From Marsupella aquatica (taxonomy: Eukaryota; Plantae; Marchantiophyta), in the NCBI GenBank assembly GCA_973895155.1, contig OZ316899.1, positions 7,815,241 through 7,879,240 on the forward strand: a DNA stretch of 64,000 nt. The letters run 5' to 3'. The first letter of the stretch is position 1. The number at the start of each line of letters is the position of its first letter. The notes below the pieces were generated by a model. The model saw nothing but the letters and a program-made list of their open reading frames with translations. It had not been told where the DNA came from and did not search any database. Position numbers and translations under genes: made by a program. Of the stretch, positions 24,301 through 36,910 are shown one piece after another.

Positions 24301-27253
24301 GAGGAGTTCGGTTAGCTGAGCTTGATGCGAGCCTGGACCCGAGCCTGCAAAACCAGGTGGAAGTCATCAGGAAGGAGCACTACCGGAAGTACACCATTGG
24401 GATGGACAAATCTTTTAACCTGGGCCACGCTCTGACAGGGGAGGCTGAAAAATCCATCCAAGCTTTTCTCAAGGAATATGAAGATGTGTTTGCATGGAGT
24501 CATCATGATTTAACAGGCGTCTCCCCCGAGTTGGGAGAACACACGATCGATCTGAACCTAGGAGCCCATGCGGTACGGCAGCGACAACGTCGCATGAACC
24601 CGAGGTACTCCATCTTAGTGAAGGAGGAAATTGATCGTCTCCTCGCTGCCGATATCATCTACCCGGTAATTGCCAGCGACTGGGTCTCTCCCATTGTCAT
24701 TGTACCAAAGAAGGGAGGTACGGATGGAAAACCTAAGATTCGTATTTGTCAGGACTACCGTAAGCTGAACGACGCAACCCGAAAAGACCATTACCCATTA
24801 CCATTCACAGATATGGTCCTAGATATGGTAGCCCGAAATGAAATCTATACATTTCTTGACGGGTATTCAGGTTATAACCAAATCTGGATTCGCCTCGCGG
24901 ATCAGCTCAAAACAACTTTCACTACGGAGTGGGGGACTTTCGCATTTCGGAGGATGCCTTTCGGTCTGTGTAACGCCCCGGCCATGTTTCAGCGCCTTAT
25001 GATGAATATCTTCCATGATTTCCTACGGGAATTTCTGGAGATATTTATCGATGACTTTGCCATCTTTGGAATCGTTGCCATGCACCCCGAACACCTAAGA
25101 CGAACGTTGCAATGATGCCGAGATGTTAACCTCAAACTACATCCCGCCAAATGCTTCTTTGGGGTAGAGGAGGGGGTGTTACTCGGGCACCGTGTGTCCA
25201 AACGGGGCATTGAGGTGGACCAAGAGAAAGTTGCGGCCTGGATGGCAGTGGTGTTCCCCGTGGATCAAAAAGCAGTACGATCCTTCTTGGGCTGCGTAGG
25301 GTATTACCGTCGGTTCATTAAAGATTTTGCTAAAATAGCTTTGCCCTTAACAGAGATGATGAAAAAGGATGCGGTGATCGAGGAGACCCCAAGGAGACGG
25401 GTTGCTTTCGAAGAACTCCGTAAAAGACTCACCACCGCACCTATCATGGTCACTCCAGACTGGAACAAGGAGTTCCACGTGTATGTCGACGTGTCAGGGT
25501 TCTATATCGGGTCTGTGCTTAGTCAGCTTGATACGGACGGACGTGATCACCCCATCTACTTCGCTAGCCGTCAATTATTCACAGCCGAAAAAAATTATTC
25601 CCCCACGGATCGAGAGGCACTGGGCATAATCTACTCATGTAAGAAGTTCCAGCACTATCTGCTCGGCTACAAGGTCATCTTCCACATGGATCACGACAGC
25701 CTGAAGTACATGGTCAACAAAGCAGACGTAACGGGACGGATAGCCCGTTGGGTACTACTTCTCCAGGAATTTAACTACGAAGTTTGGGTTCGGCCAAGAA
25801 AGGCACACCTCAATGCCGACTTCTTTTCACGGCTGGACGGCGTACCAGTCGATAAGCCAATTGATGATATTTTTCCTGATGAGGAGTTGTTCCACGTAGG
25901 GGAGGGGACACCAACGTGGTACGGATCAATAATCACCTTCCTTTTAACGGGCCGCATCCCTGACGGCATCAATCAGGAGGCCGCCGCTGTGTTTTTACGG
26001 AACGCCGGGCCTTACGTCATGATACAGGGTCACCTACATAAGGAAGGTATTAATGGAAAGTTACGACGCTGCTTAGAGTATAAGGAGACGCTTATCGTGA
26101 TTCGGGCCCTGCATGAAGAAGAAGCTGGAGGCCATTTCGCGGTGGTCACGACAGCCCAAAAGATTCTGGACTCGGGGTATTGGTGGCCTACGTTGCATCG
26201 GGATGTACAGCGCTTCATTAAGGGCTGTGACTTGTGTCAGCGAGCTGGGGCCCCGAGGCGGGCTCATCATCACCCGCTCACATCTGTGCTTCCATTGGCA
26301 CCATTCGAAAAATGGGGAATTGATTATATCGGGCCGTTTACTCCCGTTACCCGAAGGCGAAGATGCAGGTACATCCTACTAGCTATTGATTACTCCACCA
26401 AGTGGGTCGAAGCACGGGCTACGGTAAAGGACGACGCCGCAACCAGTGCCAGATTCTTATACGAACAGATTTTCACCCGATTCGGCCCGCCCTTAGAATT
26501 GGTAAGCGACCGTGGAACCCACTTCCTCAATGACACCGTAGCCCAGCTTACGGAGCGTTACCTAGTCAAGCACCACAAGACTACCCCGTATCATCCTAAA
26601 GCCAACGGAATGGCGGAGAGAGCAAATGGTATCATTGGGAAGATCCTCAACAAAACTATAGCTGCGCACAAAACGGATTGGGATCATAAGTTGTACGCAG
26701 CGGTGTACTCGTATAATCTAGCTTACAAAACTACTACGAGTCACAGCCCGTACTTTCGTTCGGCCAACATTCGTTGGTGCCCGTCGAGTTTGAAGTACAC
26801 ACTCCATGGGTCAGCATTCGGGATCGCTTACCTGAACCTGAAAGTTCGTCAGACCGAGCTTATCAGATTGAAGCCTTGGAAGAAGCACAGCTACTAGCAG
26901 CTCGACACGCCGTGAAGAAACAGGCAACTTCGAAGAAGCAGCACGACAAAGGACTACGGAGGGTCGACGTCGTGGCAGGCGATCTAGTCCTTCTGTACGA
27001 TAGTAGGTACATGTAGTTTCCAGGGAAGCTTCATACCCGGTGGTTAGGGCCCTTCCTTGTCAATCAGATCTACCGTAACGGATCTTTGGAGCTTGCGACG
27101 TATGCCGGTGATTTACTCCCCACGCGAATCAGCTACGATCGTGTAAAAAAGTACCACCATCAAGATGACGACGCCGAGAGTGATGTTCGCGAGGACGCTT
27201 CACAATTAAGCAGGGAGCTATGTGACGCTACCGGTACGGCGGTTAATGAGTGA
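21366..27253 (+). pseudogene. gag-pol of gypsy B (single frame; three CCHC knuckles, PR, RT, RH, IN) with a few stops and one frameshift
   Basis: CSKCFQSGHVVQEC, CYNCEKPGHFAREC and CQVCKTEAHSTANC; VDGGAGVN; DYRKLN, LDGYSGYNQI, MPFGLCNAP and FIDD; WGIDYIGP, VSDRGTHF and WLGPF. Stops at 21642, 25113 and 27013; frameshift at ~26757. Confidence 0.95.
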
Positions 27254-30200
27254 TTCGGTCTAACTGCGCTTAGCACGCGCGTTAGGAGTGTCTTAGGCCG
27301 CTATTATTAGCATAACGATAGTATTTAGGTAATCATTATAGGTAGGACATCATTAGGCAATAAGGGGGAATTCAGGTTCGGACTGGCGGCGGGTCGCTAT
27401 TCGCACACCCGGGTTACGAGCGTGGAGGGGCCCCTCCCTCAGGTCCGTATAACGTACTTAAGAAGCGGCCACTGACACGCGCTGACTCAGACCGGCGGAG
27501 TGGCCGGTACACCACAAGCGTGAGCGGTTCAGCCTATGGGCGTCGAGGAGACGTCGGGGGATCGACAAGCCCTCAAGGTATAAAAGGGGAGCCAACCCTT
27601 TGTAGTGCACCAGTCCATCAGTCCACGCACCAGCTTCGACCCCAGCTCTCTCGTTCGCTCTAAGTCGCCACTACTATCTCCTCTGAATGTTGCACACGAT
27701 CCTCTCCAGCTCGGCCATTCGATTCTGGATGCAGTTCCTATCTACCGGAAGGCACTTGGCCGACTCATTGAAACACGCCAACCCGCGCCGATACAAAATC
27801 AAATGCGAGTACGAGAGAGCCATCCGCCTAGCAAGACGACACCACTACATCCTTAACTTTGACTACCCATCTCAGAGCGAGCTTTACCGACCAGCAGAGG
27901 TATCTGGGTACTTCTTCAACGGAGACAAATATATCGGTTTCTGGGAAGCATTGCTTCGGCTTCCGGACGAGGTCTTCAATATCCCGGGTACGATCGACTT
28001 GCAACGACATCACTTCGACCACATCCCTGCTCAGGTTCGGGCTATCATCAACAGCGAGTCCAGCACTACCCGTTCGACAAGGTTGTCTGCACTCGCTTCG
28101 GAGAACTTCTACCAGCACCTACAGAGCTTCATGGGAACTCGGCCATCAACCAACATGACCAACTCAGTCGAACCCGTACCCGTACCCGTACCCGTACCCA
28201 TGCAACCTCAGGCTCAACCTCAGGCTCAGCTTCAGCTTCAGCCTCAACCGCAGCCTAGCCAAACCCCACCACCGATCGCCCAGCCAGCACAAGTACGCTC
28301 CGTCATCAACGTTGTGGATCTTAGCGATGACGACGAGGCTACCCCACCCTTGACCAGGCGGCCCAGAGGAACAAGCGCTCAAGGGGCCGACACTATATCG
28401 TCCCCACCCCCTGCTCTGACCCCAGGAGCGGCTTCGGCAGACAACATGGTGACCATGGCCGCCCCGGGCCCGTTACTAACGGCAGTGGCACTACCCAGGC
28501 CCGATCGGGAGGATGGGGAAGTGTCACCTTCCCCGAGCCAGTCACGGGGGAAGAAGAGGAAGGAATCCACCACTGCATCCGGGTTACCGTTGGCCACGGT
28601 AGCCGTAGCCAAGGTGACGATGCACCGCATGGGGGAAAACGTTCACAAAAACATCCTCCATCCCAAGCATGCGGTGTACCTGAAGACTCAGGGATTCGAG
28701 CACCTCGCCTCCCTCCCCTGGAACACTTGCAGGTACTACGGGGAGGACATGACGGAGTTCGTCAGGAATTATGACGACGCACGTCAACATACTTGGCTGC
28801 GGGGAAGGAGTATGTCCCTCACGGAAGAACGGCTCAGGATGATCTTTGGGTTACCCGAAGGTGACCATCGAGTCGAATCACGGGCTCCCGGGGGCAAGGG
28901 AGCCAAGTACCAATCTTCAAGTTTTCCCTTAGAGGGAGCAGTGGACAACGGGTTCGTGATGAAGACCTGCCTCATCCCCAAGATAGCTGAGTGACTGGAG
29001 TTCCAGAGGTACGCCCTCCACATGATGGAACCCCGGGGGGAGATCTCCGCCGCCCAGGTTATCCAGGTCGAGAACTATCGATCTAGGAAGTGGGCGTCAT
29101 ACTTCGCTAAGAAATTCCATGAAGAGATGGAGCGGCGAAGGAAGACGCTGTACATTGGCGGGAAGGCGTATTTTGCTAGCCACATCGAGATCATTCTTGA
29201 GTGGTACGCCCGGTTTGATCGACGAACCCTTCCCCGTGTCAACGTTACAAAGCTGGTCCCAGCTAGGTGGGTTTTCCCGGCCTTGGAGAGACGGCCCCAA
29301 CCCGAGGCCCGAAGTCCAGGGGACACGCCAGCTTCACCCACCCCACCTCCACAAGTAGCTATAGTCGTAACCGAGGAGGTACCGGATGGGTCGGTTGTCG
29401 CAACCGTTGATGCGACCCAACAAGCCGGGCTAAGTACAGAAGTCGGTACGGCGGAGGTCTTACCCGAGCCCGGGTCTCCCAAAGACCCACCAGTGGCTAT
29501 TCCGGAGAACCGGACATTGCTGCAGGAGGACACTCCAGCCCCTTCCAACGTTACGTCCCCAGGGCTGGACGTCACTGCCCCAGCCCCCGCGCGTGTTGAC
29601 GTCTGCCCGTGCCCAACTCCGGACAGGCACAACCTGGACCACCCGGAACTCTTCGTACCAGGTACATTTCTGAACGGGCTTCTGGGAGATTTCTCTCATC
29701 AAATTGCCCGGGATACCGGGGAGTTCATGGCCCGGAAGGTAGCCTGTTTCTTCAATCAGGAGTTGGTTGCCGCAGTAAAGGCAAGTCGGGCCCAGTCAGA
29801 GGCCCTTCAGAGGATAGAGCGGTACCGGGTGGAGTCCGTGTACCTAAAGAACGAAGTTGCGGCTCAAGAGGCTGAGCTTCTGCAACTACGACCCAAGGTT
29901 GCAGCCTCCGATGAGTTGTTAGCAAAGGCGCACGCTCTTACCGCCCTAGCCGAACAGGCCAAAGCTGGGAACGAGGCCGAGATTACACGACTCCGGAACC
30001 AGATTGACAGTTTGAAGAATCAAACCGTCACCTGGCAGAAAGACCTGGAGGAGGCCGAGGAACGGGCCCAGCGAGACACGGCGGAGATAGCCACGCTGTA
30101 GGCCGAGGTGGCGCAGCTCCAAACCGAGGCCAAGAAGCAGGACCAGCTGGCGGGTAAACTGACGAGCGACGCCCAGCAGCTGGAGGAGGCCATGTCAGGA

Positions 30201-31244
30201 GGCAGCAGAGGAGACGGACACGGCGAGGCGAGAGAACGAATCTCTGCTGGACCAGGTCTAGCTCCTCAAGGCGGACAATGACAGGCTTCGAAGGCAGTGG
30301 GATGGCCGCTCCCATTCGGGCGGCTCTGGCAAGCGTGCCAGGCATTAGCAGCGGAGTAGGAATAGACTAGGATTAGGACTGGCTTAGTCAGGCTCTTGGG
30401 ACAGGCACCTGCCTTAGGTACAGCAGCGCTGCCATGCTGTCCAGCCTGCGTAGATTAGGATCTTCTAATAAGACACAACCGTTTTCCGGCCTGACTGTCA
30501 GCTTAGTTAGGACCTTAGTCAGCGAATCTTCGGCGAGAGGACACCCCGTCCCTCGTCCCTTAGTATTTAGTGCACCCCTCGGTATAGGCAGGGGGGTTTT
30601 TAGTTGCAGAGTTGGACGTCCGCGGTATGTGCGGGGAGTCCCGACCTCTGGGAATGAAAGAGTACCGAGGGGAGGGGGTAGGACTAAGCTCGTCGGGCGA
30701 GTGCGGAGTCGGGCTTCGTTGTAGTGTGCACCCTTGGCCTGGAACCTGTTCATTCCGGGGCTGTCGGGTCAACTAAGTGTATGCATATGTTCCCTTTGTA
30801 GTAAAATCCTTTCCCATCATTTTCCTTCGTGTAAATCAAGATTGTATGCATGTGCGCGTGTATGTGTGTGGGTTTCTCGTATATGGGTGGCAGCGCCAGA
30901 CCAAACGCACTACCCGAGACGTGCACAGGGTGCAGCCTGCGGGTAAGTGGTTGCGAGCACGGGTTGAGGACCTGTATCATCGAATCCGGATCGAAGGCGG
31001 ACAGCACGAAGGCTTAGAAGCCCTTAAGCCGGGGTCGATCCTGCTATCGACTAAGGTACGTTCCGGCGGCGGAACACAAACCATACCTAGGAGGTGTCCG
31101 TATTTAGCAGTATACGCACTTAGCGCTAGTTTACGAGAATAAGGTGCATTACGTGCTTCCCTTCCTGCCCAAACCCTCAGATTTACGAGGGATGTGCCCG
31201 TCTAAGCTGAAGTCTGAGTTAAGGCCGCAGCCGACGACGTGACA
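27221..31244 (+). repeat. 3' LTR of gypsy B (4024 bp)
   Basis: Preceded by the PPT, followed by TSD CTTCT. Confidence 0.95.
27687..30348 (+). pseudogene. LTR-encoded accessory ORF, 3' LTR copy
   Basis: ORFs 27687-28994 and 29022-30101 are in frame; their lesions differ from those in the 5' copy. Confidence 0.85.
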
Positions 31245-31394
31245 CTTCTGTTGTAGTGTGAGGCCTGCATCGGTTAGGATTGTGTCCTGCAAGTCTTTGG
31301 ATGCAAGATAGGCCTTAATGTCAAGTGACCATGTTAGATAATTTGCACCGTCTATGGCTAATGCCTTAAATTGTAATTTCTTGATCGTAGTCAT
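31245..31394 (-). pseudogene. copia gag N-terminus, separated from the rest by the gypsy B insertion
   Basis: MTTIKKLQFKALAIDGANYLTWSLDIKAYL...QQK joins ARALIFIRRHLAEPLKTQY across the CTTCT TSD; Bianca-type gag start. Confidence 0.88.
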
Positions 31395-32078
31395 TGTTCA
31401 ATCAAAGTATTGTGTCTTGTGTAATCAGAAATGTCTCAATGAATGGAGATTGCTTAAGTTTTCCTTGGTGTATCTTGTTTGAAATTGTGTAATCTTGGGG
31501 GATGGGATCGGGACTTCCCTGATATTGGTCCGTGTGCGGCCGTTCTCGGTGGTCCGTTTGCCTTGTGTCGACCTTCCTCGTGCCTGCTCCGATATTTCAT
31601 GGGCCGTCCTTGCCAGATGTTGGGTAATTTTTGTGGAGAAGATCTCGTTCAGGGAGGAGAGATCGATGTGGGGGCAAAGCTATTGTTGGAGTCCTAAAAC
31701 AAACTGAAATCCTTAGACATTTTTGTCTTCCGTGGGCTGGTGTGGAGATTTTCCCTTTTTTTTCAAACAAAATTTTGCTCGAGCTGATGTGTAAGGAAAA
31801 AAAAACCACTCAGATCCAGACTCGTGCTAATAACGTATTCAGGGACATAGATCTCATGCGCCAACAAACTCACTACCTTCTTTCCATTTGGGAGTATGGG
31901 GGCTCCCTATATAGTACATGGCTTGGTGGTTATGTAACCACCTCTTGTCCCTATTCACTAGGGTAAGTCTAGTTTACCGGGGTTAGGTTTATCACTTGTA
32001 ACAACCACTCATTTTTCTGTTACCAGTTTCTGTTTCTTGTTACTATTTGTTGTTTGCTGTTGTTTGTAAATACCCTGC

Positions 32079-35000
32079 ATGGAATATCATATTGTTCATA
32101 CATGTGTGAATGATTGCATGTTATTTCATGGGGCCAATGCAAACAAGACACAATGTACAACATGTGATGAGCCTCGCTATGACCCCAACATGCTAACAAA
32201 GAAGGTGCCAAGGAAGGTTGTTCGTTGGTTTCCCATCATTCCTTGGTTATTGCACATGTATCGGTGTTCTGACTTGGCAGAGTTGATGGTATGGCATAAG
32301 ACTCATCGATCAGAGTCTGGTGTCATGCGGTTGCCAGTTGACTCCCCTGCTCACAAAATATTGAGGCAACATGGCCAGACTTGGCACATGATCCTCGCCA
32401 TGTGAGGCTAGGATTGGCATCTGATGGAGTTAGCCCTCATTCACTTGGAGGAAAGGGGCAACCTACATCAGTTTGGCCTGTGGTTGTCATGAATTATAAC
32501 CTCCCGCCATGGCTATCCATGAAGAAGGGGTTCCTTTTATTGTCTTTGATTATCCCAGGTCCAAAAAAGGTGAAGAACTTTGACACTTACTTGGCACTAT
32601 TGGTTGGAGAACTTCAAAAATTATGGGATGGAGTGTGGGCATATGATGGCAGGAAAATTATAGGAGGTTTTTCACGTGTCTTTAAATTGAGAGGGATCAT
32701 TTGTTGGACAATGCATGACTATCCTGGTAAGATGACTTCCATGCCATTTGCAACCCTTCAATAATGTGCAATATATATTGTTGGTTCTCATGTGACAACC
32801 TTAACATAAAGTTTGCATGGTTTGATTTCTTCTGTGTAAACAGGGGTTGGTTTTGTCTCCGGATTGCAAACTCAGGGGTACAAAGCTTGCTCTACTTGTG
32901 GCGCAAGCTTAGAGGACATGGCCACATATTGTTCATGGATTAGAAAGATTGTTTATATTGGGCATACAAATCTTCTTCCTATGGGGCATGAGATGAGGTT
33001 TGACCCACTTCTATTTTCCTCCTTTGAAATGCCATTTGGTGATGAGCGTGAATTTCCTGATGCAACAAGTTTTGCATATTGGAAGTCACTAGCTGATAGG
33101 GTGGCAGACCCAAATGATTCCTTCACCTTTGATAGGACAGGTTTGACCAGGTGGAGTATACTAGCCACTTTGCCCTATTGGTCTGAGTTGAAGATCCGCC
33201 ATCTCTTAGACCCCATGCACATGGAGGGAAATATGGGGAAGGCTTTGATAAAGCATTTTTATGGGGAGAAGGACACTAATTTTAGGGAGGCATGATGCGA
33301 GGAGATGGAAATGCATCCAGATGTTTGGATGACAACTGATCCTATCACAGGTGTGGAGAATTGTCGTTCTGCTCCTTGGGTGTTGAGTGTTGGCCAAAGA
33401 CGTGAATTTCGGAACCGTATAGGAGAGATGCGGTTTCCTATAGGCTATGGTGCCAACCTTTGGAAAGCTTTTGGGATGGAGGACAATCACAAGTGGCCAC
33501 AATATCTGAAGACACATGACTATCATCGCTATTGCAGCATATATTGCCAGTGGCAATTATAGGTATAGGGAGTGAAGAAGTGCAAGATGCCATCTGGTCA
33601 TTGGGTTATTTGTTGAGACGGATATGCTCAAAGGAGATATATGTAGAAGAGATCCCTGGGATGGAGGCATTGGCAGCTGAGATGTTATGCAAGTTGGAGA
33701 AAGCCCTCCCTCCTTCCTTCTTTGATTGTCAGGTCCATTTACTTGTGCATCTTGTGCGGGAGGTTGCCATTGCTGGTCCAGTGCATTGTAGATGGATGTA
33801 TTGGCTTGAGCGTTACATGGCGGTGTTGAAGGCTTATGTACGTAACCGTGCACGGGTGGAGGGAAGCATAGCTACATGATACTTGGCAGTAGAGAGTATG
33901 TTTTAAATTGTAGTAACATCTTGGCCACCATTGATCCTACTTGTCCACGTACTTGGATGGAGGAGAGATTTGGAGGAGGACCGTTTAACAGGTGCCACAA
34001 AAACACGCACGTTGACATCAACAAAGTGGTCACAGTTGACAACATTTATGTTGAGTAATAGTAATATCATGGATAAATGGAGATAGTTTTATGAGAATGC
34101 CAAGAGAACAAGTCAAAGGGCAAGAATTTTTCCTAAGATGCATGAGTATATGAAGCAAAAGTTGCTTGAGTTGGATGACATGGTGACACAAGGAGGAGAT
34201 GTGTCCCACTTTCCTTCTATCATAGATGACGTACGGACCATTGTTCATGGCCCTTTGATAGTGGTGACATCCAAGACGGCTATGTGGACACAAGGGAGAC
34301 ACTTCAGGTCCACTAGTACCTAACCTTTCTTCCTCTATTCATGTAGACCATATTTTGATTAGTTATTTCTATTGTTTCAAAACTTTCTATTATCATTAAT
34401 GACATCCAGTGGTGGACGTTGCCACCCAGCGCCCTCACCAATCCCAGCACTCACGCCTAAGTGCCCCTGGTCCCCGAATGCCTTCACGAAATACCTTGAG
34501 CAAGCACCCTAGTGTCTCTTGCACCACCAACGGCCCCTCCCATACGAAGCCGCACTTGCCCACCTACATGACCACTACTCAACAGTCCTCAAGTGCTGTC
34601 TGCACAAGCAACCAAGCACCTCGGTAAGCAACCCTTCAGGATCTAGAACTTGCCAAGTCTAGCATCCTAACTCAAGCTCAACAGACATTGGTAAATAGGT
34701 CAGCGATAGGTCCTCCCAATGCCATAAGCCAGAACTAGAATCCACGCCCATTGTTTGTCCAGAACAGCTCCTTCCTTGGTGCAGCCCAGGTTTCCCCTCG
34801 TACCTATCCATCACCAACAAACCGCCTTGACCCCAAGACATGCTCATGGCCCCAATAGCGTAGCTTGTCCCAACACACCGGGACCAGAATGGCCCCGACT
34901 CTAGCAACCATCCCGATTCAACTCACTAATGGCCTAGGGACCGAGCACTCTTGGAACTCAACCTCCACACCTACTTGGCCTTGCCTCCCCAACGCAAGCT

Positions 35001-36488
35001 TCCTTGGGAGACTGAACACGGCTTGGCTGCTATTTGGCAGGATTTGGCAAGCGGACGAGTTAACACCCGCAAACCCCAAGAACCCATGGTTCCTCCAGAC
35101 CCATCTGAGCTCAAGAGGACGTAGCCCTTCCTTGAGAGTTTTCCAACGCACCCAAGAAGTCCTCCAACAGACTTCCCGTTGGGAAGATATTGCCGTTTCC
35201 ATTTGGCGGTTTCCCTTAGTGTCGCGACCGTCGCGGCTCACGACTTCGGCTCACCCTTAGCCCCCAGGGAGACACCACTCCCCTCATATATGCTTCTGGA
35301 GACCTGCCACCCCCGGACCAGCTTTGGTCCCTAAACATTTGGCCTCCAACCCGGATCCTATCGCCCATAACTCTCTCGTTAGGCATCCGCAAGAGAAGTG
35401 CCTTAGCCCATTGTGATTGGGCCGACCCAGTGCTCATGCCTAGGCCCTCAAGTCCCATCGCCGCTTGGGGCCCCCAATCGGTCCAACCCGGATCGGGCCA
35501 TAACTTGCGCCCCAAGCGTCCGTTACCCATGGCGTCAACTCCATGGGCCTTGGGCCCAAGAGGAGCTCACCCTCAAGCCCTCAGAACTAAAAGTCCATCC
35601 GGAGGTCCGGATGGTCGGCCTTGAGCCCGGCCCATTTCCCCTTGCCCGACCAGCTCTCAACTAGCCCAAGTCCTTAGTGTGTGTCACCAGCTTGGCTCAT
35701 TGCCTTCGCTAGTGGCACGTCTCTTTTCTCACAAGCCTCCCCATGCTAAGTCCTCCCCGGACAGCCTATCCGGGCCTGGACCATAAGGGAGCTTGGCGTC
35801 GGAGTCAGTGACGCCGGAGCTAAGTGTTAAGGTAGTTGAGTTCCGTGACTCATCCATAACTATAATGTTGGCTTCTATATATTTATGCCATGGGCCATGC
35901 GGGTTTTGGCTATTTAGGGATGGGTGTCATATTTTGAGGATTATTACATTGATGGTGTCTTTTGTGTAATAAAAATTTATGGGTTTTGTTAATTTCAGGG
36001 TTTCTTCCCTTGATGAGAAGAGGGGTCATACTTTTGATTGTGGAATTCAAGGGGAATTTTCTCAAGACTCCCAAAGCAGCCGCCATGACATGAACATTGT
36101 TAGAGATGTTGTGCCACACTATGGGAAGATAGAGGAGATCTTGGTGGTATCATATGACAACCATTCAAAGTTTGAGGAATATGTCTTCAAGTGCAAGTGG
36201 TTCAAAGTGAACCTTGTTGGTCAAAATTGCACTGTACTTCAAGATGAGAGTGGGTTTACATGGTTGAAGACAAGTGCCACTAGTGTTCAAGCATCTCATT
36301 GGCAAACATCAGAACCATTTGCTTTCCCATCACACTTGGAGCAATGTTTCTACATTCCATACCCCTTAGACCCGGAGTGGTCAATTGTCATCACCTATGT
36401 GTCACTTTCTTGTTCCATTGTTTCTGAGAAGCCAGATGTTATTGTATCAAACCTAGATGACCTTGAGACCGATGAAGACCAAGTGTGA
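32079..36488 (+). pseudogene. CACTA/En-Spm transposase TnpD (Transposase_21, DUF4218- and DUF4216-like regions), spliced and decayed
   Basis: CVNDCMLF..C..C.EPRY; RHVRLGLASDGVSPH...SVWPV..NYNLPP..IIPGP; LDPMH; LKTHDYH; PPSFFD..VHLLVHL; GPVHCRWMY..ER; FKCKWF..EPFAFP. Introns at ~32727-32843 and ~34308-35998 (GT..AG). Confidence 0.92.
34408..35850. mobile_element. Probable solo LTR (1443 bp) with AGT...ACT termini, inside a transposase intron
   Basis: GC-rich block in an AT-rich intron; flanked by CATCC at 34403-34407 and 35851-35855; imperfect terminal IR AGTGGTGGA / AGTCACGGA. Confidence 0.65.
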
Positions 36489-36715
36489 GGGACATATTTA
36501 TATGCACTTGGGTCCAGCCTAGACATTTGTTCATGATATATTTGATTTGTTCATGTTTGGTAATATAAAAAAAAGTATCGTCTATATTTATATTTGCCGT
36601 TCATTTTTGAATGAGACACTCATGACAAATGTATTGTATTGTTTTATTGTGATCACTTGTGAATTTTACACACAACTTTCTATCTAACCTTTGTTGCTCA
36701 ATATAACTTTCTTTC

Positions 36716-36910
36716 TGTTATAATACATAGGTTAAGTCTAGACTTGGGTTATCTTGACACCTAGGATTAAGTTACCTTAACCTTAGGTAATTGCTGTAAC
36801 TACCTAGCTAGACCTTGGCTTGAACCAACCACCATGTATATACTCCATTTGGAATATGAAGGAAGAACACACTTATGATTGTATAGTTACTCAAACACGT
36901 TATCAGCACG
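36716..36910 (+). mobile_element. Second Bianca-like copia LTR (TGTTATAA...AAACA) with PBS; rest of element not recognisable
   Basis: CGTTATCAGCACG follows directly at 36898-36910; size and start resemble the 12645-12813 LTR. Confidence 0.55.

Larger units (their letters stand above)
17221..31244 (+). mobile_element. Full-length Ty3/gypsy element B (non-chromovirus, Athila/Selgy-like RT), 14.0 kb, with 4-kb ORF-containing LTRs
   Basis: LTRs 17221-21242 and 27221-31244 (TGTGAC...GTGACA); TSD CTTCT at 17216-17220 and 31245-31249; PBS-like TGGCGCTAGATGGAGGGG at 21255; PPT AAGCAGGGAG just before 27221. Confidence 0.96.
12645..32003 (-). mobile_element. Ty1/copia LTR retrotransposon, Bianca-like, internally deleted and interrupted by gypsy B
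   Basis: LTRs 31836-32003 and 12645-12813 (TG...TA on the minus strand); TSD ACCAC at 12640-12644 and 32004-32008; PBS CGTTATTAGCACGAG next to the 5' LTR; PPT AAGGGGGAG next to the 3' LTR. Confidence 0.93.
12450..32075. mobile_element. Small non-autonomous Mutator-like element / MITE (~260 bp of own sequence: 12450-12644 + 32009-32075), host of the copia insertion
   Basis: Termini GGGTAT...ATACCC; degenerate longer TIRs sharing ACTG(G/T)TA(C/A)CAGAAAAATGA; imperfect 9-bp TSD GACATGGAA (12441-12449) / TGCATGGAA (32076-32084). Confidence 0.7.

Noticed and set aside
17221-27221. LTR starts exactly 10,000 bp apart, suggesting a synthetic or assembly artefact
   Set aside because: The LTRs differ by many SNPs and small indels, and TSD, PBS and PPT are all proper; treated as coincidence.
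34409-35664. Short ORFs inside the AGT...ACT insertion
   Set aside because: No motifs; expected by chance in GC-rich LTR-like DNA.
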